A DNA stretch of 64,000 bases from Asterias rubens. Lineage: Eukaryota. Made by a program: the position numbers and the translations under genes. The stretch is from positions 9,176,001 through 9,240,000 of the forward strand of contig NC_047081.1 of assembly GCF_902459465.1 (NCBI RefSeq), written 5' to 3'. The notes beneath the pieces were generated by a model, which made no database searches, was not told where the DNA came from, and saw only the letters and a program-made list of their open reading frames with translations. Positions 37,701-48,279 of the stretch are shown here, piece after piece. Position 1 is the stretch's first letter, and the number at the start of each line of letters is the position of its first letter.

Positions 37701-39667
37701 CTTAGCACAAAAATTTGCTCAGCATGAAATTTCTTCCTTGATAAAAACAGGGTTACCAACCGAATTTCCATTTATTGCATATTGCATGTTACTGGTATTC
37801 AGCTTTTGTTTGCTTATCCTGAAAATCACGTGGAAATTTGGTTGGTAATCCTGTTTTTATCATGAATAAATTTGTATGCTCCAGCTCTAATAAATTGGGC
37901 CCTGCTCTGCTACACAACATTCCGCTTGTATTTGTACGCGCGCCAATATAAATTTAAACTATCAAGGTTTGTTTAAGCTTGGGATGATTAATTTTTAATC
38001 TTTGATGTGTCTTCTTATTTATCTCCTTTAGTTAGCAAAACAGAAGGAACTCTTTGATGGAAAAGCTCAGGTTTTTTTAAAGTTTCTTGAAGATATGCTG
38101 TGCAAGAATAAAGAGGGAGATGGGTTCTTCGTTGGTGACAAGGTGAGTGTGTCAATTCTTTGGGGGGTAATGCGGACATCACGTCAAAAGGGAACTCTGT
38201 TTTTATAACCTTAGTGAAGGAGCGACGCCATGAATAACACACAATGTTGGAAGGTTCCATTATAGTTACTTGATCCCAAGTAAGCTAGAAGGTTTGATGA
38301 GAAGAGGGAAGAAGAGTTTGAAACTAGAGAACCCACAGGCTATCAGCTGGAAGCCTGCTATACGAAGAACAGATGGCCCCACAAAATGGGGACCAGACTC
38401 CCCCCATAGAAACGTGGAGTAGTCCAGTATGGGAGATCAAGGACTTTGACTCCTCCATCCCAGATTGCAGTGAAGAAAGAAGTGAAATATATAACATGGC
38501 TTAGTGCTACATTTCACGTAGGCCTACAGTGGCTCATCACTCCTGTGCCCAATTTCATAGAGCACGTAAATTGCTTAGCATGAAATTTCTTCCCTGATAA
38601 AAACAGGACTATACCAAGCAATTAATTTCCATGTGATTTTCAGGATAAGCAACAAACAGCTGATCACCCGTTACCAGCAATATGCAACAAATAGAAATTT
38701 TGTTGGTAACCCTGTTTTTATCAAGAAAGAGATTTCATGCTAAGCAAATATTTGTGCTTAGCAGCTTTATGAAATTGGGCCCTGACGCCAGCAGCCGATT
38801 TTACGAAACGCTAGGATTTATCCTATCTCGAGTTAGGACGAGTAACCCGACGGCGTCCTTTCAAAGCGAATTAACGACTACGGAACTTAACTCGTCCTAA
38901 GTCATATAAGATTAATCTTAGTTAAGAAGAGTTTGGTGAAATTGACGGCTGATACCATAACCGTCCACTATGGATTGTCTGATAGAAATACCGCAAGTTA
39001 TTTAAAGGCAGTGGACACTATTGGTAATTACTCAAAATAATTGTTAGCATAAAACCTTTCCAGGTGACGAGTAATGGGGAGAGGTTGATAGTATAAAACA
39101 TTGTGAGAAACGGCTCCCTCTGAAGTGCCATAGTTTCCGAGAAAGAAGTAATTTTCCACGAGTTTGTCTTCGAGACCTCAGATTTAGAACTTGAGGTCTC
39201 GAAATCAACCATCTAACGGCACACAACTTCGTGTGACAAGGGTGTTTTCTTCTTTCATTATTATCTCGCAACTTTGATGACCGATTGAGCTCAAATTTCC
39301 ACAGGTTAGTTATTTTATGCATATGTTGAGATACACCAATAATTGTGAAGGCTATAGTCTTTGACAATTACCAATAGTGTCCACTGCCTTTAACTGTTAA
39401 TTTTTATAGCTAACTGATAAAGGGTGTATCTTGTGATCCCGGCTATAATAGTTTAACATTTGTATTTGTTGGTATTTTTTTTTTTTTTTTTGACAGATCT
39501 CTCTTGCTGATCTGAATTTCCACACCGCCATGGAAAGTCTGGAGAATCTAAAGTACACCGACAAGAACTTGGATAAATATCCTAAGTTGGCAGCTCTCAG
39601 GGCTCGTATCTCTGCCGATAAAGGCCTCTCTGAATATCTGGCTGCAAGACCGAAGTGTCCGTTCTAG
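34740..39667 (+). CDS. Glutathione S-transferase, sigma class (GST-2, subtype A), 208 aa
   Basis: Exons 34740-34875, 35736-35828, 37410-37525, 38032-38142, 39497-39667. Same exon lengths (136/93/116/111/171) as GST-1 and an intact frame. Confidence 0.93.
34908..35527. mobile_element. Composite Kolobok-type insertion (MITE + about 245 bp cargo + extra terminal repeat) in GST-2 intron 1
   Basis: TTAA at 34904-34907 and 35528-35531; GST-1 intron 1 shows the unoccupied site; internal extra end near 35260-35279. Confidence 0.65.
35860..36263. mobile_element. Long-TIR MITE; right part also at about 28290-28560
   Basis: Inverted repeat tgtccacagatttacattaaactta / taagtttaatgtaaatctgtggaca. Confidence 0.65.
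36384..36750. mobile_element. Kolobok-type MITE subfamily (aaggtacacgtttgg ends)
   Basis: Shared core; similar copy at 62869-63225. Confidence 0.7.
36979..37370. mobile_element. Kolobok-type MITE family 1 in GST-2 intron 2
   Basis: TTAA flanks, family core. Confidence 0.75.
37681..37901. mobile_element. PIF/Harbinger-type MITE in GST-2 intron 3
   Basis: GGCCCAATTTCATAGAGCTG TIR, CTG flanks. Confidence 0.75.
38546..38781. mobile_element. PIF/Harbinger-type MITE in GST-2 intron 4
   Basis: Same family as 6079-6319, CTG flanks. Confidence 0.75.
39006..39389. mobile_element. Kolobok-type MITE family 1 in GST-2 intron 4
   Basis: Near-perfect TIR AGGCAGTGGACACTATTGGTAATT, TTAA flanks. Confidence 0.85.
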
Positions 39668-39714
39668 ACTAACTATGGCAACCATGAACAAGGTCCTACT
39701 ATTGAGTTGCTTAA

Positions 39715-40077
39715 AGGCATTGGACCCTTTCTTTACAGGAAAAAAAAAAAGTTCACAGATTTACAAATAAGTTACAGGGTTTACAGAATGAAATGGGAAA
39801 GACTTCTCTTGAAATATTATTCCATGAAATGCTTTACTTTTTGAGAAAACAGCAAAACAATATAAATTCTCGTTAACGAGAATTACGGATTTATTTTAAA
39901 CTCATGTCATGACACTGCGAAACGCGCGGAAACAAGGGTGGGTTTTTCCGTTGTTTTCTCCCGACTCCGATGACCTATTGAGCCTAAATTTTCACAGGTT
40001 TGTTCATTGGTATAGAAGTTGTGATACACGAAGTGTGGGCCTTTGACAATACTGTTTACCGAAAGGGTCCAATGGCT
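39715..40077. mobile_element. Kolobok-type MITE family 2, abutting a family 1 copy (from 40082) across one TTAA
   Basis: TTAA at 39711-39714 and 40078-40081. Confidence 0.8.
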
Positions 40078-40579
40078 TTAAAGGCACTGGACACTATTGA
40101 CTCAAAATAGTTGTTGGCATAAAAACTTACTTGGTAACGAGCAATGGAAATCAGATGCTAACCTAAAACCTTTTGAGAAACGGCCCCCTCTGAAGCAACG
40201 TAGTTTTTGAGAAAGTGATTTCTCATTATTCTCTCATTGTTCTCTCACAACATCGAAGACCAATTGAGTTCAAACTTTGTGCATATGTTGAGATACACCA
40301 AGTGAGAAGATTAGTCTTCGGTTATTGGGTTAGTGAAAAAGAGAGCAACCCGTGTAAACTATATCCAATCCACCCTTGTTGTCTCACATATTTAGTATAA
40401 TATTATAGATATGCATTTATTGTCCAGTTTTTTTTTTTTTAGTAACATTTCGATTTCAACTCGGGTAAAACACGACATTACGTGTAATATCAGTATAATA
40501 GTATAATGCTCACAGTTTGTTCAACCCAAAATCTATCAGCAAAAGACAGTAGGTAACATTGGGGTGAATGTGCAACCCT

Positions 40580-40722
40580 GGGAGACTTTTGTGGACGCTT
40601 GATGACAGCAGACTTACCAGGTAAAATTCATTGTTCTCGGTAATGTGCGCATGCTCAGAACTACTCAACAATGGAAATTAATTTACCTGGTTAGTCTGCT
40701 GCCACCTAGCGTTCCAAAGCCC
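40580..40722. mobile_element. Palindromic ~140-bp MITE (GGGAGAC/GGTGGCAGCAGAC family)
   Basis: Long imperfect inverted arms; copies at 41268-41408, 54261-54408, 58521-58648, 59917-60066, 61226-61527. Confidence 0.75.
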
Positions 40723-40975
40723 CCCCCCCCTTACAAGTATAGTATAGAAGTGATATAATAATTATGGGTTATGGTATGGTAACTGTCGTAGCACAAATCA
40801 ACAAAGATACAATAAAAGTGTCAACATATTGAGAAAACAGTTCAAATTTTGTTGGGTTGTATAGAGACGTTAGTCCCTATTGAAGAATTTAATTTCTAAA
40901 AAGTTAATAACGTGGACGCGAACGAAGATTGTTTATTGAAAATACTCCCCGCATGATCGTTCATCTTGTTCGTTT

Positions 40976-43330
40976 TTAGTCGTGAATCCAGTACGCTTGA
41001 GGGCGCTCTTTAAGATGCATAGCGAGTTCGTTTGCTGCTAAACGATCTCTCAGTCCCACCAGCATTGGGTAGTTTTCCAGTCCCTTGTTGGCATAAGATG
41101 GCTTTTCGAACCACTCCATGGTGACGAAGAAAATGACGTCAGCGAGTGTAGCCTGTCAGAGACAAGATAATAATTAAATGAGAGAATTACTTTTTTTAAA
41201 GATTTTTTTTCAGGCCTGGAATTCCGTCTTTGAGAGGGATGGGCCATTTTCATTTAGTTTAGTTAATGTGAGACTTTCTGGGACGATAGAGGGCAGCAGA
41301 CTTACCGGGTAAATCCATTGTTCTCAGAATTATGTGCATGTTCAGAACTACGTAAACAATGGAAATTTACCCGGTATGTCTGCTGCCACCTAGTGTTGGA
41401 AAGTCTCCTAAGGGCACACTAAGGCCTAGCCTGAACGTCTGACTTCATTCTTCGAGGCTCGTGAATAACGCCAGAGGCCGGTCTCAACAATTTGCAAAAC
41501 CTGTCTTTTATCGGGGCCCAGTCTAACTTAGGCCAGGCTTGGCCTTAGTCTAAGGTCAAGACCAAGGGCAACAGAGGTCATAATTCCAGGCCTGATTTTA
41601 ACCAGTAGTTTTGTTTTTAGTGTGAGTATATCCCCAGACAGCACAGTTTTGTAGTGTCATTAGAGCCTGAGAGAAAATGTTTTTAAGACGTTAACCATAG
41701 AACGTATAAAACCTTCCGAATTCGTACCGTGTTTCCGACGAAGTACCCAGTGCCCCCGTTGTTCTTTACAAGAAGATCGTGAAGAATCTTCAAAAACGGG
41801 GGCGCAGTTTTCTCGTAGTACTCTTTGGAATTTGTGGCCTGTGGAGCAAATTGAAAATGTATGTCTGATGAAACAAAATTAATCTCGTCAACATGTACAA
41901 TACGATATAATTATTTTAGGCATTGCATGGCGAGGTATCAAAACTAAAAGTTTGGTTTGTGGTACACCATGTGTATTTATACAAGAACAATAAATACTGT
42001 ACATTTTTTTTGTATTAACTCCGAAACGTGACACAAAGAAGATGAACGTTTAGATCATAAACTAAACTTACTTGTTTATCTTTGTCCAGTTCAAAAAGTA
42101 CTGGCATGATCATGGGTTCTATTAAATCTTTCAGTGTTTCTCGAACTACATCTATTTGAGCTGCTTCCCAGTTATCAGAACCGTACAGTCCTGGAGAAAA
42201 GAAGAAAGAAATATTTGTTATTAATGAAGCCACGAACACTGGGTGCGTTCGTGAGTCCCTGTGTCGACCCCGGTGCGTTCGAATAGCTTTGACGTCACTC
42301 CAGGGGCTCACCTGGGTCAATCCCCAGTGCTGCCCTGCTTGTGGAGTGGGTCACTTGGTGCATGAGAGCACCAGGTGCATGAGAGCGGTAGTGGTCGTTC
42401 TTTTAGCTCTTGTCAGGGGCTCACCCGAGTGAGCACCGCGGGAGAGACCCGGGAAAGCTAACCGGACGCACCCATTGAAAAGCCATTTCTTAGATACACA
42501 CAGAGAGACATCATTCAAGAAATAACAAAATACTCCATACCGAATTCTCTCGCTACGTATGACTCGATTGCATTGCTCTGAGGAAGTTGTCTCCCATCAA
42601 TCTCCAGCACGGGGATGTGACCTTGTGGAGTGGCTGTATAGGGGAAAAGGTAAAAGCATCATCAAACTTTACCATAAAGTTCCATGCTCTGTGTTATGGT
42701 ATTGAGTGCCCCTCCCCAATAATGTCCCCATACTTTAACACACTCTTTTTCTCTTGCACTGGGTGTCCCCTTAAACCCTCTAATAACAGATTCATTAATA
42801 TTACGAACTCCATGAAGATACAAGGGGTGCCATGGAGCACAGAATGGTTAAAGCACCAGGTTCGAATCCAGCCAAGCTGTAACTGCATGCTGATATCCGT
42901 TGGCTATAAGTTTCGTCGTTTGCAGTTATACGTGAGTCACAATTTCTTGATTTTGTTGCAATCCATAACCACCAGTGCTTGTATGACGGAGATTGGCTGT
43001 TGTCAGCTTGGTTGTTATATCCCATTGTGGTAGTTTGAAGAGTTCCCTTGACGGGAAGATCATCTAAAACAAATGAACCCCTTACAGTAACCCCCCCCCC
43101 CCCCCCGCGTTGAGGTAGTAAGTGTTCTCGTGCGAGACAACAGAGGGCCCACTTCAGGCCTATAGATGAAAAAATATAATTTGTAAGTTTGACCTACTTG
43201 GTTTAACCTTAGGCCATTCTTCCTTCGTTATTCGGACATCTTCAAATTCTTTGTTAGCAACGGCGAAGAGCATTCGAGTTGCCTCCGCTCTACCGCGGGT
43301 ATCGAAGTACAGTAACTTGTAAGACGGCAT
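40976..43330 (-). CDS. Glutathione S-transferase, sigma class (GST-3, subtype B), 210 aa
   Basis: Exons 43330-43198, 42633-42541, 42190-42072, 41838-41728, 41152-40976. MPSYKLLYFDTRGRAE...EEWPKVKP...QLPQSNAI...YFVGNTATLADV. An acceptor upstream of the ATG implies a non-coding first exon. Confidence 0.93.
41268..41408. mobile_element. Palindromic ~140-bp MITE nested in a TIR element (aggcctggaatt, about 41213-41593)
   Basis: Family arms; host inverted repeat aggcctggaatt / aattccaggcct. Confidence 0.7.
42241..42473. mobile_element. GGGTGCGTTCG-family MITE in GST-3 intron 2
   Basis: TIRs as at 20059. Confidence 0.7.
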
Positions 43331-43551
43331 GTCGGCTACGCTGCTGCCTGTCAATCTGTTTAAAAAATATGAAATTAATCAGAATAGTAATAGTATAGCA
43401 ATAATGGTTTGCCTAAAAGTATAAAACACTCAAGTTAGTTTTAAACTAATAATTAAAAGCAATGCATTTAACTCTTTAAAAGCAGAAGAAGAAAAAAAAA
43501 ACTGACCCAGTAATGGATGGAATTGACTCTGAAGTTTCAGTTTCATCTTGA

Positions 43552-43931
43552 AGGCAGTGGACACTATTGGTAATTTTCTAAGACTAGTTTTCACAGTTGG
43601 TGTATCTCAACATATGCACAAAATAACAAACCTGTGAAAAATTGAGCTCAGTCGGTCGTCGTAAGTTGCGAGATAATGACAAAAAAAACACCCTTGTCGC
43701 ACCATGGTCACACGAACTTGTGTACTTTCAGATGCTTGATTTCGAGACCTCCAATTCTAAATTTTGAGGTCTCGAAATCAAACTCGTGGAAAATTGCTTC
43801 TTTCTCGAAAACTACGTCATTTCAGAGGGAGCCGTTTCTCACAATGTACTGTCAACCTCTCCCCATTACTCGTTACCAAAGGTTTTATGCTAATAATTAT
43901 TTTGAGTTATTACCAATAGTGTCCACTGCCT
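43552..43931. mobile_element. Kolobok-type MITE family 1 upstream of the GST-3 ATG
   Basis: TIRs, family core. Confidence 0.8.
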
Positions 43932-44705
43932 TTAGGATTCAATACAGACTCTTACCTTCAAGGAACACGATTGGTCCACCGTGCAATAGTTGTTCCAGTG
44001 CTTATAAAATGTGCAGAGCAAAAACACACGACGTTTGGTTTACTGTGGATAAATAGTCTGGGCTTCACAGGTACGATTGAAGCTCACAATGGTGAACTCG
44101 GAGAGCTCTGTGAACCCAAAGCGTAGGAGCATGTACTGTGTGAAACAGCATACAAAATGACCCGGCTCTGTAAACATTGGATGACTGAACAACTGAAGTC
44201 GGCCTTGATGTTGAATTGCTGAAAATTCATTCAATCCCATCGAAATATAGGCATAAGACTACAAAACAGGCTAATAACTATAGGCATAGTAGGCACTGTA
44301 AGTGTTGAAATCACACTAGTGCATGCGGTCGTCAGCGATTACTTTATAAAGGTTTTCAACATGACAAGAACTAGCCATTATAACAAAAAAACATAATAAC
44401 ATTGTCAACTTTGCAACACCAGTCACAGTGAGTTGAGTTATAGAAATAGAACCCGTTAGTTCCATCGTGCACATTTTCAAATCCTGCATCAAGCTATTTG
44501 ATGACAAGTAATTCTGAATTAATATGAACAGAGGTAAATGAATTGCCGACGACTACATTCCATCTATGGATAGCAATAATGCATGAAAGAACTCTTTGTA
44601 ATTTGTAAGGGTTTTCATTGGCGTTTCTGAGCCACCGTACACAGTTTTCTCATTTCGCTGGTACTCGCCGTTTACACAGCGTTGAATACACTTTGGTTAC
44701 CAGCA

Positions 44706-44716
44706 AGCCTCTTTAC
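44706..44716 (+). promoter_or_regulatory. TCT/5'TOP pyrimidine initiator of RPS24
   Basis: gCCTCTTTac about 30 nt upstream of the ATG-only first exon, typical of ribosomal protein genes. Confidence 0.65.
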
Positions 44717-44738
44717 TGCAGCCATTACTGCAACAAAC

Positions 44739-47700
44739 ATGGTGAGGAAAAGAACCCTAAAACATCCCTAAACATCACCTTTCCTGAATTAATTTAAAAC
44801 ATTATAGATCATCAGATGGAAAGATTATTTAATAAACTTTAAGGCTGCGTGATTATTTTTCGTGTATCTATTGTTGAAACTGTAAAATTAGTAACATATT
44901 CGGAAGGACGAGTTCGTCTGCACGTAATATGATTGCAAAACGGGTGGCAGTATTCCATTGAAAAACACCCAAATTCAGTGGACAAATGTTTTGTTAATTA
45001 TCGTTAGCAATTTATCTACATGAACACGAGAGAAAGCTACCCGAGGTTGATTGATACGATTGTTAAAATTTTAGCCAGTCAAATTTCATTGTATGATGAT
45101 TGTCGTTGATATAAATCATAAATGCATATAAATGTTTACCGGAACAAATTCATTTTTGCTTCCATTTTTACAGCATGTAGTCAGTGACTTTTAAAATTTA
45201 TTTGTACAAAATATTGTTGGGATGGCGTTACTATTTTAGTTTTTGGAACTGTTCAGAGCTTCAGTTGTTTGTTTACACTGCAGTCCTTCTCCACCATTTA
45301 TAAAAACTGGACTCTGCTGAATGATTTATTAAATAAATGATGAATGAATGAACATGTCTACTCTTTATTCGTTGTGTATTCAGTTCAGGTATTATTATTT
45401 ATTTCGTATGCGCTTTTGACAATAATTGATTTTGTTACCCTTCTACTATTTCATGATGTGCATACTATGATTTCTCATTATATTGATTGAGCTGTTTTCG
45501 AAAAAGACTATTTTATGGAATAATAAACGTTGTAAATTGAATTAAATTGACCATGTTGACTACTTGTATATGTTACGCTTGACCCCCTACCCTTCCTACA
45601 CAAATGGTTTCAACCCAACTCAATGTGTTGGTTTTCTCTTCATCTTAACAGGGTGACTCTGCCGTTACCGTCCGAACTCGCAAGTTCATGACGAATCGTC
45701 TGCTTCAGCGCAAGCAGATGATCGTGGACATTCTTCACCCCGGCAAGGCAACTGTCCCAAAGACTGAGGTCCGAGATCAGCTCGCCAAAATGTACAAGAC
45801 GACTTCAGATGTGATTTTCTGCTTTGGGTTCCGCACCCAGTTTGGAGGTGGCAAGACGTCAGGATTCGGACTGGTGTACGACACACTGGACTTCGCAAAG
45901 AAGTTCGAGCCCAAGCACAGACTTGCAAGGGTATGTATGATTTTTTACGAAATGATTTTAAACATAATATACAAACTGCGTTAAATCGTAACCCTCCATC
46001 CGCCAGATGGTTGTAGACAGGAGGGTTACGAGAGCCAGTTCCTTGTATTGTATTATTATTAATTATCTTAGGTTAAAGGCAGTAGACACTATTGGTAATT
46101 ACTCCAAATAATTATCAGTATAAAACCTCACTTGGGGAGAGGTTGATAGTATCAAACTTGTGAGAAACGGCTCCCTCTGAAGTGACGCAGTTCGAGAAAG
46201 AAGTAATTTTCCACAAAGTTGAACTCGAGACCTCAGTCAGATTTAGATATTGAGGTGTTGAAATCAAGCATCTGAAACCACACACAACTTCGTGTGACAA
46301 GGGTGTTTTTTTCTTTCATAATTATCTTGCAACTCCGACAACCAATCAAGCTCATATTTTCTCAGGTTTGTTATTTTGTGCATATGTTGAGATACATCAA
46401 GTGAGAAGACTGGTCTTTGACAATTACCAATAGTGTACAGTGTCTTTTATGCAATTACAACAATTTTTGTGGCTTGATTTGCCCAATCTCTACTACTTAA
46501 ATAAATCATGAAACGTATTCGAGAAGCACAGACTTGGTCTTCGATGTGTAATAAATTAATGACTTGATTTAAGTTAGGCCTAGGTCAGGGGTTTTCCCTT
46601 AACAAAAATTCAAGCCAGAATGTGTGCTCAATCTGTAAATTGTCCCCAAGACACGAGTAGTCTGCCAGTGGTTTACACTGATTGGTCGAGACGTTGTCTT
46701 TCAAAGTTGAAAGACACAGCCTCGCGTCCACACTTCGGTCAGTCCCTTTTAGGTTTTCGTGAAAGACTCTGCTTGGGTTCGTCTGGCCATCAACATTTTT
46801 GTGCATTGGCTAATTTAATTCATTGCACATGAAGATCTAAATCCAAGTTGTCAAGATGTGTGTTGTGATTTTTGAAAGTATTACAATTTAAGTGAATCTG
46901 GTCAGGTAATCTGACAAAAGTATTTGAAGTTGCACATGTATGTGATTATTAGAAGTTTTTTACACAGACTGGCTCATAGACAAAGCCCATCCCCGTCTGT
47001 GAGCGTCGGGAGGATGAAAGGTTGCAGCTATTACATATCACTGAGTTCTGGTTTTCATAAATGCTGACTATTCCCAAACCATCTTCTGAATCTTTCACAA
47101 ACCCGTTGTCTAGTCATCCAGAAAATGTAGTGTATCGCAAAAATTAATCTTGGGATGATAATCATTTTGCATTTTGTTTTTTTGTAGCACGGACTCTACG
47201 AGAGAAAGCGCCCCTCAAGGAAGCAACGTAAGGAACGAAAGAACAGACAGAAGAAGGTCCGTGGAACAGCCAAGACCAAGGTGTCATCTGGCAAGAAGGT
47301 AAGTACATCTGATCTTAAGGCACACAACAGAGCTGCCGATTTTCCCTGATTCTGCAGAAAGTTCCTTGAAAAAAAAGCAATATCTTGTCATGTTCTGGTG
47401 AACAATAAAATCTCCCTGATAATGGAAACTTTTTCCTCCCTATTATGTTTAAATTGGTGTGTATACCAGTGGAAAAAAAATATCTAAAAACCAATTACCA
47501 TTTTGGTCCCAGCAAACACTCGACATGAAAATTTATACTGATTTGTACTATCGCCTCAGGAAAACGTTGTACAACCGGTCGGTGTTGTGTTGTAAAATAT
47601 GTCACAACATAGACTGAATTAGGGTTAGTATTGTTTGAAGCTTTGCAGAAGAGCCGGTTTGGTTTTTGGTCTCGATGTTTCAAGCAGTATACTCTGCTCG

Positions 47701-48126
47701 TCTTCAGTATACATGTACTGTTCGAATTGTCGAGACCAAACCGGTTCTTCTCGGAGCCGACACTCACACCAAACAGATTTACACAAGGTTATACCAGCCA
47801 GTTATAAATAGTTTATTCCTATGATTGAGGGTTGTTTATCTAAGATTCATTGCTGTTTTTCAATTGTTTTGGTTTTTTTGAGTCTGTATTGTGACTTTAC
47901 TGTGCTATTTTGATTCCTAGGCAGGGTACACGTATAGGCTTATCTTGAAACTCTGCATTTTTTTTTTTGCTCAGCGTGACATTGATAAATATGTGTTGCT
48001 TATTTAACATTATGAAAACATTATATTGAGTCAGTTTTAATTATTTATTGATATCACTACACATTCGTCTACTGTTCTAAAAGCAAGCTACATTAATGTT
48101 CTTATTTTTGTTTTTATTTGCAGTAA
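44739..48126 (+). CDS. RPS24: 40S ribosomal protein S24 (eS24)
   Basis: Exon 1 is ATG only (44739-44741); exon 2 45652-45930 ([23 protein letters not shown]...[10 protein letters not shown]); exon 3 47188-47298 ([20 protein letters not shown]...GKK); the last exon opens with TAA at 48124-48126. Confidence 0.95.
46077..46446. mobile_element. Kolobok-type MITE family 1 in RPS24 intron 2
   Basis: TTAA plus left TIR, family core, degenerate right end. Confidence 0.8.
46985..47102 (+). ncRNA. Candidate intronic H/ACA box snoRNA (RPS24 intron 2)
   Basis: Hairpin (catcc/ggatg), ATATCA = ANANNA at 47035-47040, second hairpin (ggttt/aaacc), ACA at 47097-47099. About 120 nt, ending about 85 nt before the 3' splice site. 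Confidence 0.4.
47647..47751 (-). ncRNA. Penelope-type minimal hammerhead-like motif inside an inverted repeat (RPS24 intron 3, antisense)
   Basis: Minus strand reads CTGAAGA-C-GAGCAG-agtata-CTGCTT-GAAAC-ATC, enclosed by roughly 20-bp inverted arms. Confidence 0.5.
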
Positions 48127-48221
48127 TGAGGTGTTGAGTTACAGCAAGGGGGACTAATTAAACATGAAACCGGACACACCCGAGGAACACTTGGGGTAAA
48201 CAATAATTTGGGTCATCATCA

Positions 48222-48279
48222 AATAAAGATAATGTACAGATTGCCATCCAGACATACATCAAATACTGAGGTCAATAAA
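48222..48279 (+). terminator. RPS24 polyadenylation signals
   Basis: AATAAA at 48222-48227 and 48274-48279, followed by a T/GT-rich tract. Confidence 0.6.

Noticed and set aside
47005-47090. C/D box snoRNA reading (AGGATGA ... CTGA)
   Set aside because: The C box is mismatched and no guide complementarity was recognised; the H/ACA layout fits better, though it is also unproven.
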